Assembly (NCBI GenBank): GCA_046351295.1
Contig: JAXLYT010000035.1
Location: 13,452 to 77,451, forward strand
Reading direction: 5' to 3'
Source of the DNA: Byssovorax sp.
Lineage (GTDB): Bacteria; Myxococcota_A; Polyangia; Polyangiales; Polyangiaceae
Length of the DNA stretch: 64,000 nt
Program-made: the position numbers and the translations under genes
The notes under the pieces: model-generated
The model's database searches: none
Told to the model about the DNA's origin: nothing
Seen by the model: the letters and a program-made list of their open reading frames with translations, nothing else
Part shown: positions 40,053 to 50,371 of the stretch, piece after piece
Layout of the letters: each line of letters begins with the position of its first letter
How positions within the stretch are numbered: position 1 is the first letter of the stretch

Positions 40053-41560
40053 TCAGTGGTCGGGGAACTGCGCGCTCGGCGGCGTGAACGCGGCCGTGTA
40101 CCGGGCCACGCCCACCGTGACCCGCACGTCGTCCATGTTCCCGACGAAGCGGCCCCAGGACGCCGTGTAGGCGCCGATCCAGGGGCGCGGCGAGGCGACC
40201 GGCGTGATGGACACGTTGTACGCGATCGAGCCCTGGAGCGCGCCGTCGACGAACAGGCGCAGCGTGCCCTGCTGGCGGGTGGCGGCGACATGGTGCCAGA
40301 GGCCGTCGGTGACGTTGCTCGTCCCGATGAGGTCGAGGGTCGCGCCGTCCCACAGGTTGACCCGGCCGGTGCTCGGGACGATCGCGATCTGGAAGTTGCC
40401 CGCGGCGTTGCCCGTGGGCCCGTCGGTCATGAAGATGCGCCGGTAGTAGGTATCGGCCGCGTTCGTGTTGCTCTGCACCCAGGCCTCGACGGTGAAGTCG
40501 GAGAGGCCGATCGCAAAGACGCCGCTCGCGCCGACGCTCAAGTAGGCGTTGCCGTTGAACACCGCGCCGTACGATCCGAAGCGCGCAGCCGGGCCGCTGA
40601 AGGTCACGCCGCTGTTGTTGACCGGGTTGCCGATGACATCGACCGCGCTGTTCTCGACATGGAGGAGCAACTTCACCGAGGCGAAGCTCGGATCGGTGGG
40701 GCTCTGCGCCCCGGTGATCGCGAGCCACTGTGCGCCGTCGTAGAAGCGGAGCTGCGCGAGCGTGGTGTCGTAGTAGAACGTGCCGAGCGTGGGCGCCGCG
40801 GGAGGCGAGGCCGCGCTGGGGACTTGCCCGCCGCCCGCACCGGCAGGGCCCGTCGGCCCGACCGCGCCTTGCGGCCCGTCTGCGCCGGTGGGCCCCGCGA
40901 CGCCTTGCGGCCCTGCGCGCCGGTGGAGCCTGCCGGACCTTGCGGGCCCGTGGCGCCCGTGGAGCCTGCCGGACCTTGCGGGCCCGTGGCGCCCGCGGGA
41001 CCGATGGGGCCGGCGGGCCCTTGCGGGCCGGCGATTCCCTGCGCGCCCGTGGGGCCGGCCGGCCCCGCTGGGCCCACGAGCCCCGTGGCCGGCCCGACCC
41101 AGTTGCCCTGCGCGTCGATGACGAGCTGACCGTTGACCGAGACCGTCGTGGGATGGATGTCGCCGACGGCATCCCCGGCCACGAGGGCATAGGGCACGCT
41201 CCGGGTGCTCTGGCGCGGGCTCATCTCCGGGTCATTGCCGACCTTGATGCCCACGTAGCGCTCGGCCCCCGTCCAGACGCCGGTGGGGATGGGCACGAGC
41301 GCGCCGAGCTCGGCCGAGAAGTAGCCTTCGTCGAGCGTGACGATCTGCGCTTCGGTCCAGAGCGCGTTCCCCCCGGACGCCGCGTCGTAGAGGGTGAACG
41401 TGAGGGTCACCGTCCCGTCGAGGGGGCTCCCCGCGGCATCGAAGAGGCGGCCCTGCTCGGTGAGGCCATGCGGCACCGCGGCCGAGGCGAGGCAAGGGAC
41501 CGCAAGGACAGCGGGCACGAGCAAGGCGGCGAGGAAGGGGTGACGGGGGCGAAGGGGCAT
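40053..41560 (-). CDS. secreted collagen-like triple-helix repeat protein with C-terminal ConA-like/LamG jelly-roll domain; reading frame interrupted (frameshift near 40915)
   Basis: The signal peptide is [27 protein letters not shown]. About 35 Gly-X-Y triplets follow. Translation in one frame ends in Arg/Ser-rich nonsense after GSTGAQG. Shifting the frame at about 40915 continues as [27 protein letters not shown]...[15 protein letters not shown] and joins the LamG ORF at 40053..40676. Confidence 0.6.
40921..40992. repeat. perfect 36-bp tandem duplication (gtggagcctgccggaccttgcgggcccgtggcgccc x2) within the collagen repeat region
   Basis: The repeat was read directly in the sequence. It encodes two in-frame GXY4 units ([12 protein letters not shown]). 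The frameshift lies at its upstream-coordinate edge. Confidence 0.8.
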
Positions 41561-41768
41561 GGGGACTCCTGGGAAGTGCGGCGGTTCGCGTCTCCGCTCC
41601 GGCCTGCACGGCGCGAACCATGGGGGCGCGCCATTTTTCACGGTAACCCGCAGCGGGCCCGGTTCTCTACCGGATTCGATCGCGGACGCGGGAGGCGCGG
41701 GAGAAGAACGCGGAGGCGAAGGGGGCGGGGCGTCGCCGAAATGAAGGAGGGCCTGCCGCGGCCGGGGC

Positions 41769-43403
41769 TCAGCGGTTCATCTCGTAGGCGCCCGCGAGGG
41801 CGTAGACATGGTTCTTCCAGATGTTCTCGTAGCGGGCCGGCCCGGCCACGGGCTTTCGCACCATGCCGAGGCAAGCGGCCATCTGCTCCGGGGTGCTGCT
41901 CGTCTTGCTGTAGAGGCCGAGGGCGAGGCGGGAGAAGTCGCGGACGAAGACGTCGAAGATCTGGTCGATGAGGTCGCCCGGAATATCGAGGATCTTGGCA
42001 TTTTCGAGGATGAGCTGGGCATAGACCACCAGGGCGAAGATCTCGCCGCCTGCGAGGAGGAAATCGAGGTCCTTCTGCTGAGCCTCGCTCGGGGGCGTCG
42101 TCGCGAGCATGGCCTTGAAGGCCTCGGCTTGTTCGAGGAAGAGCGACACGTTCGGCTGCTCTACCCCGGCGAAGGCGAGCTTGTAGTCGTGGAATCGGAT
42201 CTTGGAGAGCCCGCGGGTCGTGCCCTGGTGGAAGAGGAAATCGTCGTTCTTCGGCTCGTGCTGGGGGCCGACCGCCGGCAAGTCCGCCGGGAAGAAGAAG
42301 TAGCTCGGCATGAACTTGACGATGAGGGCGATGTTGACGTGGACGGTGCCTTCGAGCTTGGGGAGGCCGCGGATGTCGACGGCGGCCTGGGCGAAGTACG
42401 TGTCCCGCTCGAACCCCTTGGCGGCGATCACGTCCCAGAGGAGGTTTATCACGTCCTCGCCCTGCGTCGTGACCTTCATCTTCACCATGGGATTGTAGAG
42501 GAGATACCGGCGGTCGTCGGCGGTCGCCGCGCGCATGTAGTCGGCCGCCCGCATCGCGAAGAGCTTCATGGCGACGAGGCGGGCGTAGGCGTCCACGAAC
42601 ATCTGCTTCACATGGGGGAAGTCCGTCACCATCATGTTGTAGAGGCGGCGCTTCGAGGCGTGGTTGATGGCCTCGTAGAACGCGTGGGTGCAGATCCCGA
42701 TCGAGGCCCAGCCCAGGTTGAACTTGCAGATGTTGATCGTGTTGAGCGCGCTGTCCCATGCCTCCTGCCCGCGGGAGAGGATGTCCCCCTCGGTGATGGG
42801 GTAGTCGTCGAGGGTGAATTCCGAGACGTAGCTCTGGCTGGCGACGACGTTCTTCACGCACGTGTAGCGGGGGTGCTGGGAGTCGACGGCGAAGAAGACA
42901 TACTCGCCGGTGCCGGCCATCTTGCCGAAGGTGGAGACGATCGCGGCCTTGTTGCCGTTGCCGATGTAGTACTTGCTCCCGCTCGCGGTATATCCTCCCT
43001 CCGCGTTCGGGGTGAGCGTGACGCTCGACGCGTAGATGTCGGCGCCGTGCTCCTTCTCGGAGAGCCCGAAGGCGAAGATCGCCCCGTCTTCGAGGAGGGC
43101 GGCGGTCTTCTTGCGCATCGCCTCGTTCTTGCTCATCCAGAGCGCGCCGAGGCCGAGCGCGGAGACCTGGTACGTGTACCAGTACTGGAGCCCATAGAAG
43201 CCGAGGATCTCCGCGAACGCACAGATCCGGTGGGTGTCCCAGCGCGCGTCCGCCGCCCCCTCGCCGGTGGGGGTGGCGATGGTCGCGAAGATCCGCTCCT
43301 TCTTGACGAACTCGAGGAAATCGGCGTACCACACCCGGTCGTAATAATCCGCCTCGAGGCGGTCTTTCCCCTTCGCCTCGAAGAATGCGATGGTCTTCGT
43401 CAT
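41769..43403 (-). CDS. acyl-CoA dehydrogenase family protein (long-chain type, ~544 aa)
   Basis: It has ACAD N-terminal, middle and C-terminal domains. The start [32 protein letters not shown] was chosen inside the longer ORF. Confidence 0.8.
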   Translation of the reverse strand: MTKTIAFFEAKGKDRLEADYYDRVWYADFLEFVKKERIFATIATPTGEGAADARWDTHRICAFAEILGFYGLQYWYTYQVSALGLGALWMSKNEAMRKKTAALLEDGAIFAFGLSEKEHGADIYASSVTLTPNAEGGYTASGSKYYIGNGNKAAIVSTFGKMAGTGEYVFFAVDSQHPRYTCVKNVVASQSYVSEFTLDDYPITEGDILSRGQEAWDSALNTINICKFNLGWASIGICTHAFYEAINHASKRRLYNMMVTDFPHVKQMFVDAYARLVAMKLFAMRAADYMRAATADDRRYLLYNPMVKMKVTTQGEDVINLLWDVIAAKGFERDTYFAQAAVDIRGLPKLEGTVHVNIALIVKFMPSYFFFPADLPAVGPQHEPKNDDFLFHQGTTRGLSKIRFHDYKLAFAGVEQPNVSLFLEQAEAFKAMLATTPPSEAQQKDLDFLLAGGEIFALVVYAQLILENAKILDIPGDLIDQIFDVFVRDFSRLALGLYSKTSSTPEQMAACLGMVRKPVAGPARYENIWKNHVYALAGAYEMNR

Positions 43404-43539
43404 GACCTCGTTGGAGCGGGCGTCGGGCAGGCTCGGGGTGTATGTCTTGGGGTTCAGCAGGATGTTCACGGGCGGGATGCTACCCGAGGGGGCGCGGTTG
43501 TTCCATGGGGGCGCAGCGCCTGCGGGCTGAGCCTTCGAT

Positions 43540-44523
43540 CTATGCCTCGTCGAGGGCGAGCCCCGCCGCTCGCAACGCAGCGGCGATGGCGTCATCGAGC
43601 CGCTGAAAGGGCTCGAACGCCTTCTCCGCCGCGGCTTCACGGTCCAGAAACTCGAGCGGCACCGACCCGACCGCCGACACATCCGCCACGAGGTCCGCGG
43701 CGATCGCGAGCTCGTAGGCCGCCTCCATCGCGAGGTACACGATCGCTTGACCGGTGAGCCGACTTCGCGCGTCACCCGCCCGGCGCGCGGCCTGGAGAGC
43801 GGCCCGCACCACGAGCAGCTCCTCGGTGCGGATCTCCGCCGAGTCCTCGTAACAGGGGATGCGCCGGTCCTCGCGTCGCGCGCCTGCGCCCGCGAAGATA
43901 TCGACGGGCGTTGTCTCCCCGGATAACCCTGCTGCAACCAGGGCAAGAGGAAACAGCACCTCATGAAGCCAGCGCGCCCAGACCTCCGCATCAGCCGCGG
44001 GCGGAGGTGCGGCCCCAGGGGACATGCGATATCCGGTGATCGCGGTGATCTCCAGAGAGAACGGCCCTTCTTGCCAGTAGGTCGCGAGGCCGAGGGTCGT
44101 CACCGCGGCGGGATCGAGCGGAGGGTGTCCAGGCAGCACCTGGAACGTCGTGCTCGCCTCGAAGGAGGAGAACGGAACCTCGATATCGGCCCATGCGCCT
44201 TCGGGCGGCGCGATCTCGGTCGCGTAGGCGACCTCGGCGAAGGTCTCGCGCGTGCGGAGCCGCACCAGGTAGATCCGACCATCGCCGCGCGCCCGCAGGG
44301 TGATGCCGTCGAAGCCCGAGAGGTCGGTGTCGTGCTCGGCGGACCAGAGCGCCGCGCAGTCTCCCCCGTAGATCTCGAGGCCGCGGACGACGGCGCCGTG
44401 AAACGTGACGGAGCCGCCCTCGACAGTCACCTCCGCGCGGGAGCCGCGCGCATGATAGGCACGGGCCCCGCGCGCGAGGAGCGCGAGCAGATCGGGGCTC
44501 GTGGCCGGGGCGGAGGAGGTCAC
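43540..44523 (-). CDS. hypothetical protein (possible CIA30-like beta-sandwich N-terminal domain)
   Basis: This is an ORF-level call. The family assignment is weak. Confidence 0.4.
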   Translation of the reverse strand: MTSSAPATSPDLLALLARGARAYHARGSRAEVTVEGGSVTFHGAVVRGLEIYGGDCAALWSAEHDTDLSGFDGITLRARGDGRIYLVRLRTRETFAEVAYATEIAPPEGAWADIEVPFSSFEASTTFQVLPGHPPLDPAAVTTLGLATYWQEGPFSLEITAITGYRMSPGAAPPPAADAEVWARWLHEVLFPLALVAAGLSGETTPVDIFAGAGARREDRRIPCYEDSAEIRTEELLVVRAALQAARRAGDARSRLTGQAIVYLAMEAAYELAIAADLVADVSAVGSVPLEFLDREAAAEKAFEPFQRLDDAIAAALRAAGLALDEA

Positions 44524-44543
44524 GCTTGGCTCGCGCGCTCAGG

Positions 44544-45704
44544 CTACGGGAGCTGGGGCAGCGGCGGCAGCGACGAGGGGAGGCCGGCGGGGAGCGACGT
44601 GGGGAAACCGGCGGGGAGCGCGGGAAGCGCGGGAGGGCTGCCCGACCCGGCGGGGGCCGAGGGGGGCGCCGATGGCCAGCCGGGGAGCCCGGGGAGGCTC
44701 GCGGGCCAGCCCGGCACCGAGGTGCCTCCGGGCATGGAAGGCAGGGGAATCGGCGGCATCCCCGGGAGGGAAATGGTCGATGGCATGCCGGGCGGCGCGC
44801 CCAGCGACGGCCCCGGCCCCACGCCCGTGTAGAGCTGCGCGAGCGCGGCCTTGTCGTTGACCGACAGGCCCTCTCGCTGGCCGATGGTCACGCGCGGGTC
44901 TTTCGGGACGATGGTGTCGTTGCCGCTCCGGCTGAAGGCCGCGCGGCTGTAATGCATGATGCTCCCGTAATCGTAGGCGCCGATATCCATCGTGTCGCCG
45001 TCGATGGTGAACTGCGCCTCTTCACCGGGGCTGATCTCGCTCCACTGGATGGTCACGTAATTGTCGCGATCGGTCCGGCTCTGCTCGTGGTAGAGGCCGG
45101 CCGCGTGGCAGATCTCGTGGACGACGCTCCCGGCGACGCCGCAGCCGCCGACGCGCACGAGCTGCGGCCCGCCCACGCGCCCGACGTACGAGGAGCAACC
45201 GTATTGACCGGCCGCCTCGGTGAACACCAGATAATCCCCGTCGGCGGGCGTGCGTGGACGGGGCTTGAGCACGGACTGACTGCCGATATGGGAGACGGCC
45301 CAGTCGATCATCGCGCGCTTTTGCGGGGTCACCGTGGCGTCGATCTCGTAAGGCATCTCGCCGTTCGGCCAGCGGTTCGCCTTCGACGAGGCGGCGGCGT
45401 AGCTCCGCCCGTCGGCCTCGGCGCGCGGGCGCGCGTAGATGATCGGGACGAGCTGCGCGGGGCCGAGCATGATGTCGCCCTGGTAGACGGCCATGCCGCC
45501 GTGGACCTGGTAGTTGACCTGCCGGGCGCGCGCGGCGCCCGGGAGGAAGATGAACGAGCTCGCCTGCGACCCGGGGGCGGACGCGGGCGCGCGGTAGGTC
45601 TCGGGCGGGGGCGGGCGCCCGTTGAAGGCGGCGGACCTCGGCGCGGGGCTCGACCCGCAGCCGGCGGCGAGGATCACGAGGGCGAGGAAGGCGGGGCGGC
45701 TCAT
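44544..45704 (-). CDS. astacin family (M12A) zinc metallopeptidase lipoprotein
   Basis: The astacin signature HExxHxxGxxHEQxRxDRD is present in full (HEICHAAGLYHEQSRTDRDNY). A lipoprotein signal MSRPAFLALVILAAGCGSS is present. A Gly/Pro-rich C-terminal tail follows. Confidence 0.85.
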   Translation of the reverse strand: MSRPAFLALVILAAGCGSSPAPRSAAFNGRPPPPETYRAPASAPGSQASSFIFLPGAARARQVNYQVHGGMAVYQGDIMLGPAQLVPIIYARPRAEADGRSYAAASSKANRWPNGEMPYEIDATVTPQKRAMIDWAVSHIGSQSVLKPRPRTPADGDYLVFTEAAGQYGCSSYVGRVGGPQLVRVGGCGVAGSVVHEICHAAGLYHEQSRTDRDNYVTIQWSEISPGEEAQFTIDGDTMDIGAYDYGSIMHYSRAAFSRSGNDTIVPKDPRVTIGQREGLSVNDKAALAQLYTGVGPGPSLGAPPGMPSTISLPGMPPIPLPSMPGGTSVPGWPASLPGLPGWPSAPPSAPAGSGSPPALPALPAGFPTSLPAGLPSSLPPLPQLP

Positions 45705-46114
45705 GGCATCCTCTTCTTGGAGACCACCTCGACGAGGCGGTAGCGGCGCGACGACGCGTCGGCCGGCGGGTTGCTCGCCGAGGTCACCTCGACCCGGAGC
45801 TCGTACAGGTAGCCCGGCTCGTACGCGAAGCCGTCGATCGTCCGGTAGAAGAGCGTCCACGAGGCGTCGGGCGTGTCCTTCGTCCGGAGGCACTCCATCA
45901 CGCCCTCGCCTTCGCAGGGGACGCGCTTGCTGTCGACGAACATCGTCTTCACGTTGCCCGCGGGCGCGGCGCTCGCGGACGCCTTGGGGGGCGCGGTTTC
46001 GGACGGCGGCGGGGTGGCCACGGGCGGGGGCTGCACATCGACCGGGCCGCTCTGCGCGGCGGGCGAGCAGCCGGCCGAGAGCGCGAGGAGCACGAGGAAG
46101 CGCCGATTCGGCAT
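45701..46114 (-). CDS. small lipoprotein, DUF4377-like
   Basis: A lipobox LLALSAGCSP is present. The conserved-looking block VPCEGEGVMECLRTKD...IDGFAYEPGYLYELRVEV is present. The gene overlaps the astacin start by 4 bp. Confidence 0.5.
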   Translation of the reverse strand: MPNRRFLVLLALSAGCSPAAQSGPVDVQPPPVATPPPSETAPPKASASAAPAGNVKTMFVDSKRVPCEGEGVMECLRTKDTPDASWTLFYRTIDGFAYEPGYLYELRVEVTSASNPPADASSRRYRLVEVVSKKRMP

Positions 46115-46416
46115 GCTTTCATGCTAGCGCAAGAACGGCGGCGACGTGCGTGCTTCGCGATCGTCGGGATCGTGCCGAGCAGGGAAGCGCCGGAGAGCCC
46201 GCAGACCGGCGCAAGCGATACGGCCCACGCGCAACTTGTTCGTGGTCCGCGCCCGCGCTCCTCCGGCCGGCGACCGCCGCGCCGATCCGAAATCTCCGGC
46301 CGGCGACGAATTCGTGTGTGATCCGAGCCTTCGCCGCCCAACTCCATCGCAGACCGGTTGATCGTCGGCGCCTCCTTTGCACGCCGGCGGGCCAGGCTCC
46401 CGACTGGAGGGATATC

Positions 46417-49400
46417 ATGCGCTCACCTCGCTCTGCCGCGCGCAACGTCTTCGCTCTCTGGCTCGTCTCGGGTTTCGCTGCATGCAGCGCCGGAGGCGGT
46501 GAGGAGGGCCGCCTCCCTCCTGCCGGCGGCGAGCGCGTGGGCGCGGCAGCGCAGCAGCAGGTCGCCGCGGCCGACCCCGACGGCGACGGCGTCCTCGGCG
46601 CCGCCGACAACTGTCCGAACGATGTGAACCCTTCACAGCTCGACAGCGACGGCGATGGCCTGGGAGACGCCTGCGACCCGACCTGCCGGATCATCCGGCG
46701 AGGCGTCTTCGGGACGGTGAACGACACCCAGGTCGGGTGGGCGGCGCCCTTCGCCAACTATGGAGGCGCCACCATCATCGCGACGGGCGGGAGCGCCGGC
46801 GAGGACAAGCATGCGCTCCTCCGCTTCGATCTGAGCGCGATCCCCCGCAGCGCCGAGGTCACCAGCGCCGGGGTGACGATCAAGACGTTGAAGGGCGCAG
46901 GCGTCGTCCGGGCCCACCGGGCGACCGATTTCTGGGACGAGGCGTGGACGGACGGGGCGGGCTTCGCCGGCTCTTTCGCGGCGGCGGCGCTCTCGTCCTT
47001 CCCCGGCACCGCCGGCGCCCACAGCTTCGACATCGTGGCGCTGGCCACCTCCTGGGTCCGCTATCCAAAGCTCAACGAGGGGCTCCTGTTCGAGCAAGAT
47101 GCGGGATCGACCACGTTCTTCAAGACCAGCGAGTACGCGGTCGTGGCCGATCGCCCGAGCCTCTATGTCTGCTACCGGACGCGCGAGTGCCTGCCCGGCA
47201 CGGGCGATTGCGACGGTACGCCGAGCAACGGCTGCGAGAGCGCGCTCACGACCGAGGCCCACTGCGGCGCCTGCGGGCATGCATGCGGAGGCGCGGAGAC
47301 GTGCGTCGGCGGCGCCTGCGTGCCGACGAGCTGCCCGCGGTGGCTCGCGCGCCCGGAGCCGTTCCACGCATGCGGCCATGACCCGCAGGCCATCGCCCGG
47401 GGTGATCTGAACGGGGACGGCAAGCTCGATCTCGTCACGGCCGATCTCGGGGACAGCGGGGTGAGCGTGCTCCTCGGCCATGGGGATGGCACGTTCGCGC
47501 CGGCCGTCGCTTATCCCACCGGCCTCGCGCCGCGCTCGGTCGCGATCGCGGACCTGAACGGGGACGGCGCGTCCGATCTCGCCGTGGCCAACGCCGGGGA
47601 CGGCGCCGACCCGGCGAGCCAGAACGTGGCGGTGCTCCTGAACCACGGTGACGGGACCTTCACCGCCGCGGCGCCCCACGCCGCCGGGCCCTCGCCGTAT
47701 TCGGTGGTCGCGGCGGATCTGAACGGCGACGGTCGCGTCGATCTGGCGACCGCCAACGAGGTCATGAATGGAACCGTGAGCGTGCTCCTGAACCAGGGCA
47801 ACGGCGCGTTCGCTGCCCCGCTCGCGCTCGCCGCCGGCGCAGAGCCCCTCACGGTGGCCGCCGGGGACTTCAACGCAGATGGCCTGATCGATCTCGCGAG
47901 CGCCAACATCGGAGACGAGACGGTGAGCGTCCTTCTCAACGCGGGGAGCGGCTCGTTCGCACCTGCTGTTTCGGTGTGGGCGGGACCCTCGCCCTATGCC
48001 CTCGTCGCCGCCGATCTGAACGACGATGGGCGCGCCGACCTCGCGGCGGCCAACCTGTTCTTCACCTGGGAAGACGGGTCCACCACCGGCGGCGTGACGG
48101 TCCGGTACGGCTGGCCCGACGGTCACTTCGACATCATCCCTCCCCCGGTTCCCTATGTCATCTCGGGCCCGACGAGCTTCAAGGTCGCCATGGCAGCCCA
48201 GTCGATCGCCGCCGAGGACCTGGACGGCGACGGGCTGCCCGAGCTCGTCGTGTCGAGCGCGCAGGTCTCCGCGGTGAGCGTGCTCCACAACATCGGCACG
48301 AGCTTCACGGTGATCGACCATGCCGCGCCGGTGTCGCCCGGCCTGGCCCTCGGAGACATGGACGGCGACGGCCGGTCCGACATCGCCCTCGCCGCGCCGG
48401 ACGAATCATGGCCTCCGTCGTACAACGTGCGCCTGCTGATCAACCAGGGAGGCGGGGCGTTCCCCGGAGAGCAGATCCGTATCGGCGCGACCCCGACCTC
48501 GATCGTCGCGGGCGACTTCGTCGGTGACAGCGCGCTCGACATCGTCGTCACGAGCGCCGGTGACGGCGACGTCGCCCTGGTGCGGGGCGGCGGCGACTTC
48601 CTCCTCGTGGACCGCTATCCGGTCGGCGTCGCGCCGCTCGCGGTCACTGCCGCGGACTTGAACGGCGACGGCCACGAGGACATCGCCGTCGCCAACAGCG
48701 GGAGCGATGACGTGAGCGTGCTCCTCGGCCAGGCCAACGGGACATTCTCCCCGGCGGTCAGCTATCCGGTCGACGCCGCCCCCTGGGGCGTGGCAGCGGC
48801 CGATCTGAACGGCGATGGCCGCGTGGATCTGGCGGTCACGAGCTCTGACAACAACACCGTGAGCGTGCTCCTCGGTCTGGGCAACGGGGCCTTCTCGCCG
48901 GCGGTCAGCTACCCGGCCGGCGCCGGCGCGAGGGGGATCATCGCGGTGGATCTGAACGCAGACGGCCGGATCGATCTCGCGGTGTCAAATACACTCGGAG
49001 ACGATATCAGCCTGCTGATGAACCAGGGCAGCGGGACGTTCGCCGCGCCGATTCACGTGGCCACGGGCCCGTACCCGCACGGGATCGCCGCCGCCGACCT
49101 GAACGCCGACGGCTTCCCCGATCTCGCCGTCTCGACGTACAGCGGCGTGAGCGTGCTCCTCGGCCAGGCCGGCGCGCCGGCGGCGCCCGTGAACATCCCG
49201 CTCCCCTCGTCGCAAGATGCGGTGGCGATCGCCGATCTGAACGGCGACGGTCGCCTCGATCTCGCCGTGACCGGCTGGATGGATGCCTATGTGCTGCTCA
49301 ACCAGGGCAACGGTGCGTTCGGCGCGCCCCTCGTGCACCCGGGCGGCGGCCAGGGGTACGGAATCGCCGCCGCGGACTTCGACGGTGACGGCGCGACCGA

Positions 49401-49488
49401 TCTCGCCATCGCGAATGTCGTCAACGGGTCGTTCTGGCCTCCCCGGCCCGTGACGATCCTGCGCAACACGGGCTTCTGCTCGCCGTGA
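46417..49488 (+). CDS. secreted FG-GAP/VCBS repeat (integrin-alpha-like beta-propeller) protein with N-terminal thrombospondin type-3-like Ca-binding repeats and Cys-rich module
   Basis: The lipoprotein-like signal is MRSPRSAARNVFALWLVSGFAACSAG. The Ca-binding repeat is DPDGDGVLGAADNCPNDVNPSQLDSDGDGLGDACD. The ADLNGDGxxDLAVAN repeat occurs 14 or more times. Confidence 0.75.
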   Translation: MRSPRSAARNVFALWLVSGFAACSAGGGEEGRLPPAGGERVGAAAQQQVAAADPDGDGVLGAADNCPNDVNPSQLDSDGDGLGDACDPTCRIIRRGVFGTVNDTQVGWAAPFANYGGATIIATGGSAGEDKHALLRFDLSAIPRSAEVTSAGVTIKTLKGAGVVRAHRATDFWDEAWTDGAGFAGSFAAAALSSFPGTAGAHSFDIVALATSWVRYPKLNEGLLFEQDAGSTTFFKTSEYAVVADRPSLYVCYRTRECLPGTGDCDGTPSNGCESALTTEAHCGACGHACGGAETCVGGACVPTSCPRWLARPEPFHACGHDPQAIARGDLNGDGKLDLVTADLGDSGVSVLLGHGDGTFAPAVAYPTGLAPRSVAIADLNGDGASDLAVANAGDGADPASQNVAVLLNHGDGTFTAAAPHAAGPSPYSVVAADLNGDGRVDLATANEVMNGTVSVLLNQGNGAFAAPLALAAGAEPLTVAAGDFNADGLIDLASANIGDETVSVLLNAGSGSFAPAVSVWAGPSPYALVAADLNDDGRADLAAANLFFTWEDGSTTGGVTVRYGWPDGHFDIIPPPVPYVISGPTSFKVAMAAQSIAAEDLDGDGLPELVVSSAQVSAVSVLHNIGTSFTVIDHAAPVSPGLALGDMDGDGRSDIALAAPDESWPPSYNVRLLINQGGGAFPGEQIRIGATPTSIVAGDFVGDSALDIVVTSAGDGDVALVRGGGDFLLVDRYPVGVAPLAVTAADLNGDGHEDIAVANSGSDDVSVLLGQANGTFSPAVSYPVDAAPWGVAAADLNGDGRVDLAVTSSDNNTVSVLLGLGNGAFSPAVSYPAGAGARGIIAVDLNADGRIDLAVSNTLGDDISLLMNQGSGTFAAPIHVATGPYPHGIAAADLNADGFPDLAVSTYSGVSVLLGQAGAPAAPVNIPLPSSQDAVAIADLNGDGRLDLAVTGWMDAYVLLNQGNGAFGAPLVHPGGGQGYGIAAADFDGDGATDLAIANVVNGSFWPPRPVTILRNTGFCSP

Positions 49489-49800
49489 ATCGAGCTCGAG
49501 ATCTCGGACATTCGCCCGGCGAAGACAAAACGCTCGCGAGAGGCGATGTCGCGCCGGGCGGAGGGATCGCCGCGCAAACGGAACAGGCTCGCTTGACAAA
49601 CCGGAGAATGTCGTCAAGCTTCCGACCCACGACCAGGTAGGTGACGGGCTTCTCGACGACGCGACCTCTTCCCTCTCTCGCTCCCCTCCACGGAGCCCTG
49701 CGCACGGGCGTTTGATCGCCTGTGCAGCGTCGTCGCCGTCTCCCGGGCGGCGGCACGGCCCTTGGTCCGTGCTGCCGGTCACCTCAACCTGTTCGTCCCC

Positions 49801-49873
49801 CTGCGGGGTAGTAGGAGTGGCCCCTACGCCGGGATAGCCTCCCGGAGACGCTCGTTCGACCCGAGCCTCCGCA
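49801..49873 (+). tRNA. tRNA-like cloverleaf (73 nt), probably a tRNA pseudogene/remnant: canonical stems and T-loop but atypical D- and anticodon loops
   Basis: The acceptor stem is tgcgggg/ctccgca (7 bp, one G-U). The D stem is gtag/ctac. The anticodon stem is ccggg/cccgg with loop atagcct (would-be anticodon AGC, position 37 = C). The variable loop is agac. The T stem is gctcg/cgagc with the canonical T-loop ttcgacc. U8 and G18G19 are present, but A14 and A21 are replaced. No CCA is encoded. Confidence 0.4.
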
Positions 49874-50038
49874 ACCGTGCGCGCTGCGCCCCTTCGCGCG
49901 GCCCACCTCCCACGCTGTCCGCGTGTCCGCCTGTCCGCGCGCGAGCGGTGGTTCGCCCGCGCGCGCCGGCGTCAATCGTTCCTGGGCGCGCTGCGCCCGG
50001 CGGGTGGGCCGATATCGCCCGACCCGAGGGAGACTTCC

Positions 50039-50371
50039 ATGCTTTTTGATCGACTCGATAGATCCCGGCTCCGGCGCGACATCGCCGAGCTCACCCTTCA
50101 ATGCCTCTCGCTCAAGCAGGTGTTGCGCCGCACCTGGACCGAGCCCATGGCCGAGAGCCAGCGACGTCTTTTGCGCGCGCAGAGGAACGTCACCGAGCTC
50201 CTCGTGCTGCTCGCTCTCTCGCGCAAAAGGCTCCATGTGCGGCGCCCGCCGCGCGACCTCCCCCCGTCGGAGGAGGCGTGGAGCGCGGAGGCGCACAACC
50301 TCCGCATCGCGGAGCGGGTCGCCCGGGATTATGCGTTACCCTCGGAGCACCAGGAGATCGCCGCGCCATGA
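50039..50371 (+). CDS. hypothetical small protein, translationally coupled to tatD
   Basis: It is a 110-aa ORF ending in ATGA overlap with the next gene. No family was recognised. Confidence 0.4.
   Translation: MLFDRLDRSRLRRDIAELTLQCLSLKQVLRRTWTEPMAESQRRLLRAQRNVTELLVLLALSRKRLHVRRPPRDLPPSEEAWSAEAHNLRIAERVARDYALPSEHQEIAAP

Noticed and set aside
39661-41190. 509-aa ORF in the third frame across the collagen-like gene
   Set aside because: It is Arg-rich nonsense. GC-rich Gly-X-Y repeats are open in all frames. Only the Gly-X-Y frames linked to the signal peptide and the LamG domain are coherent.
41638-43332. 564-aa reverse-strand ORF in an alternative frame over the acyl-CoA dehydrogenase gene
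   Set aside because: Its translation is Arg/Pro/Gly-rich. The overlapping frame gives a full ACAD with conserved domains.
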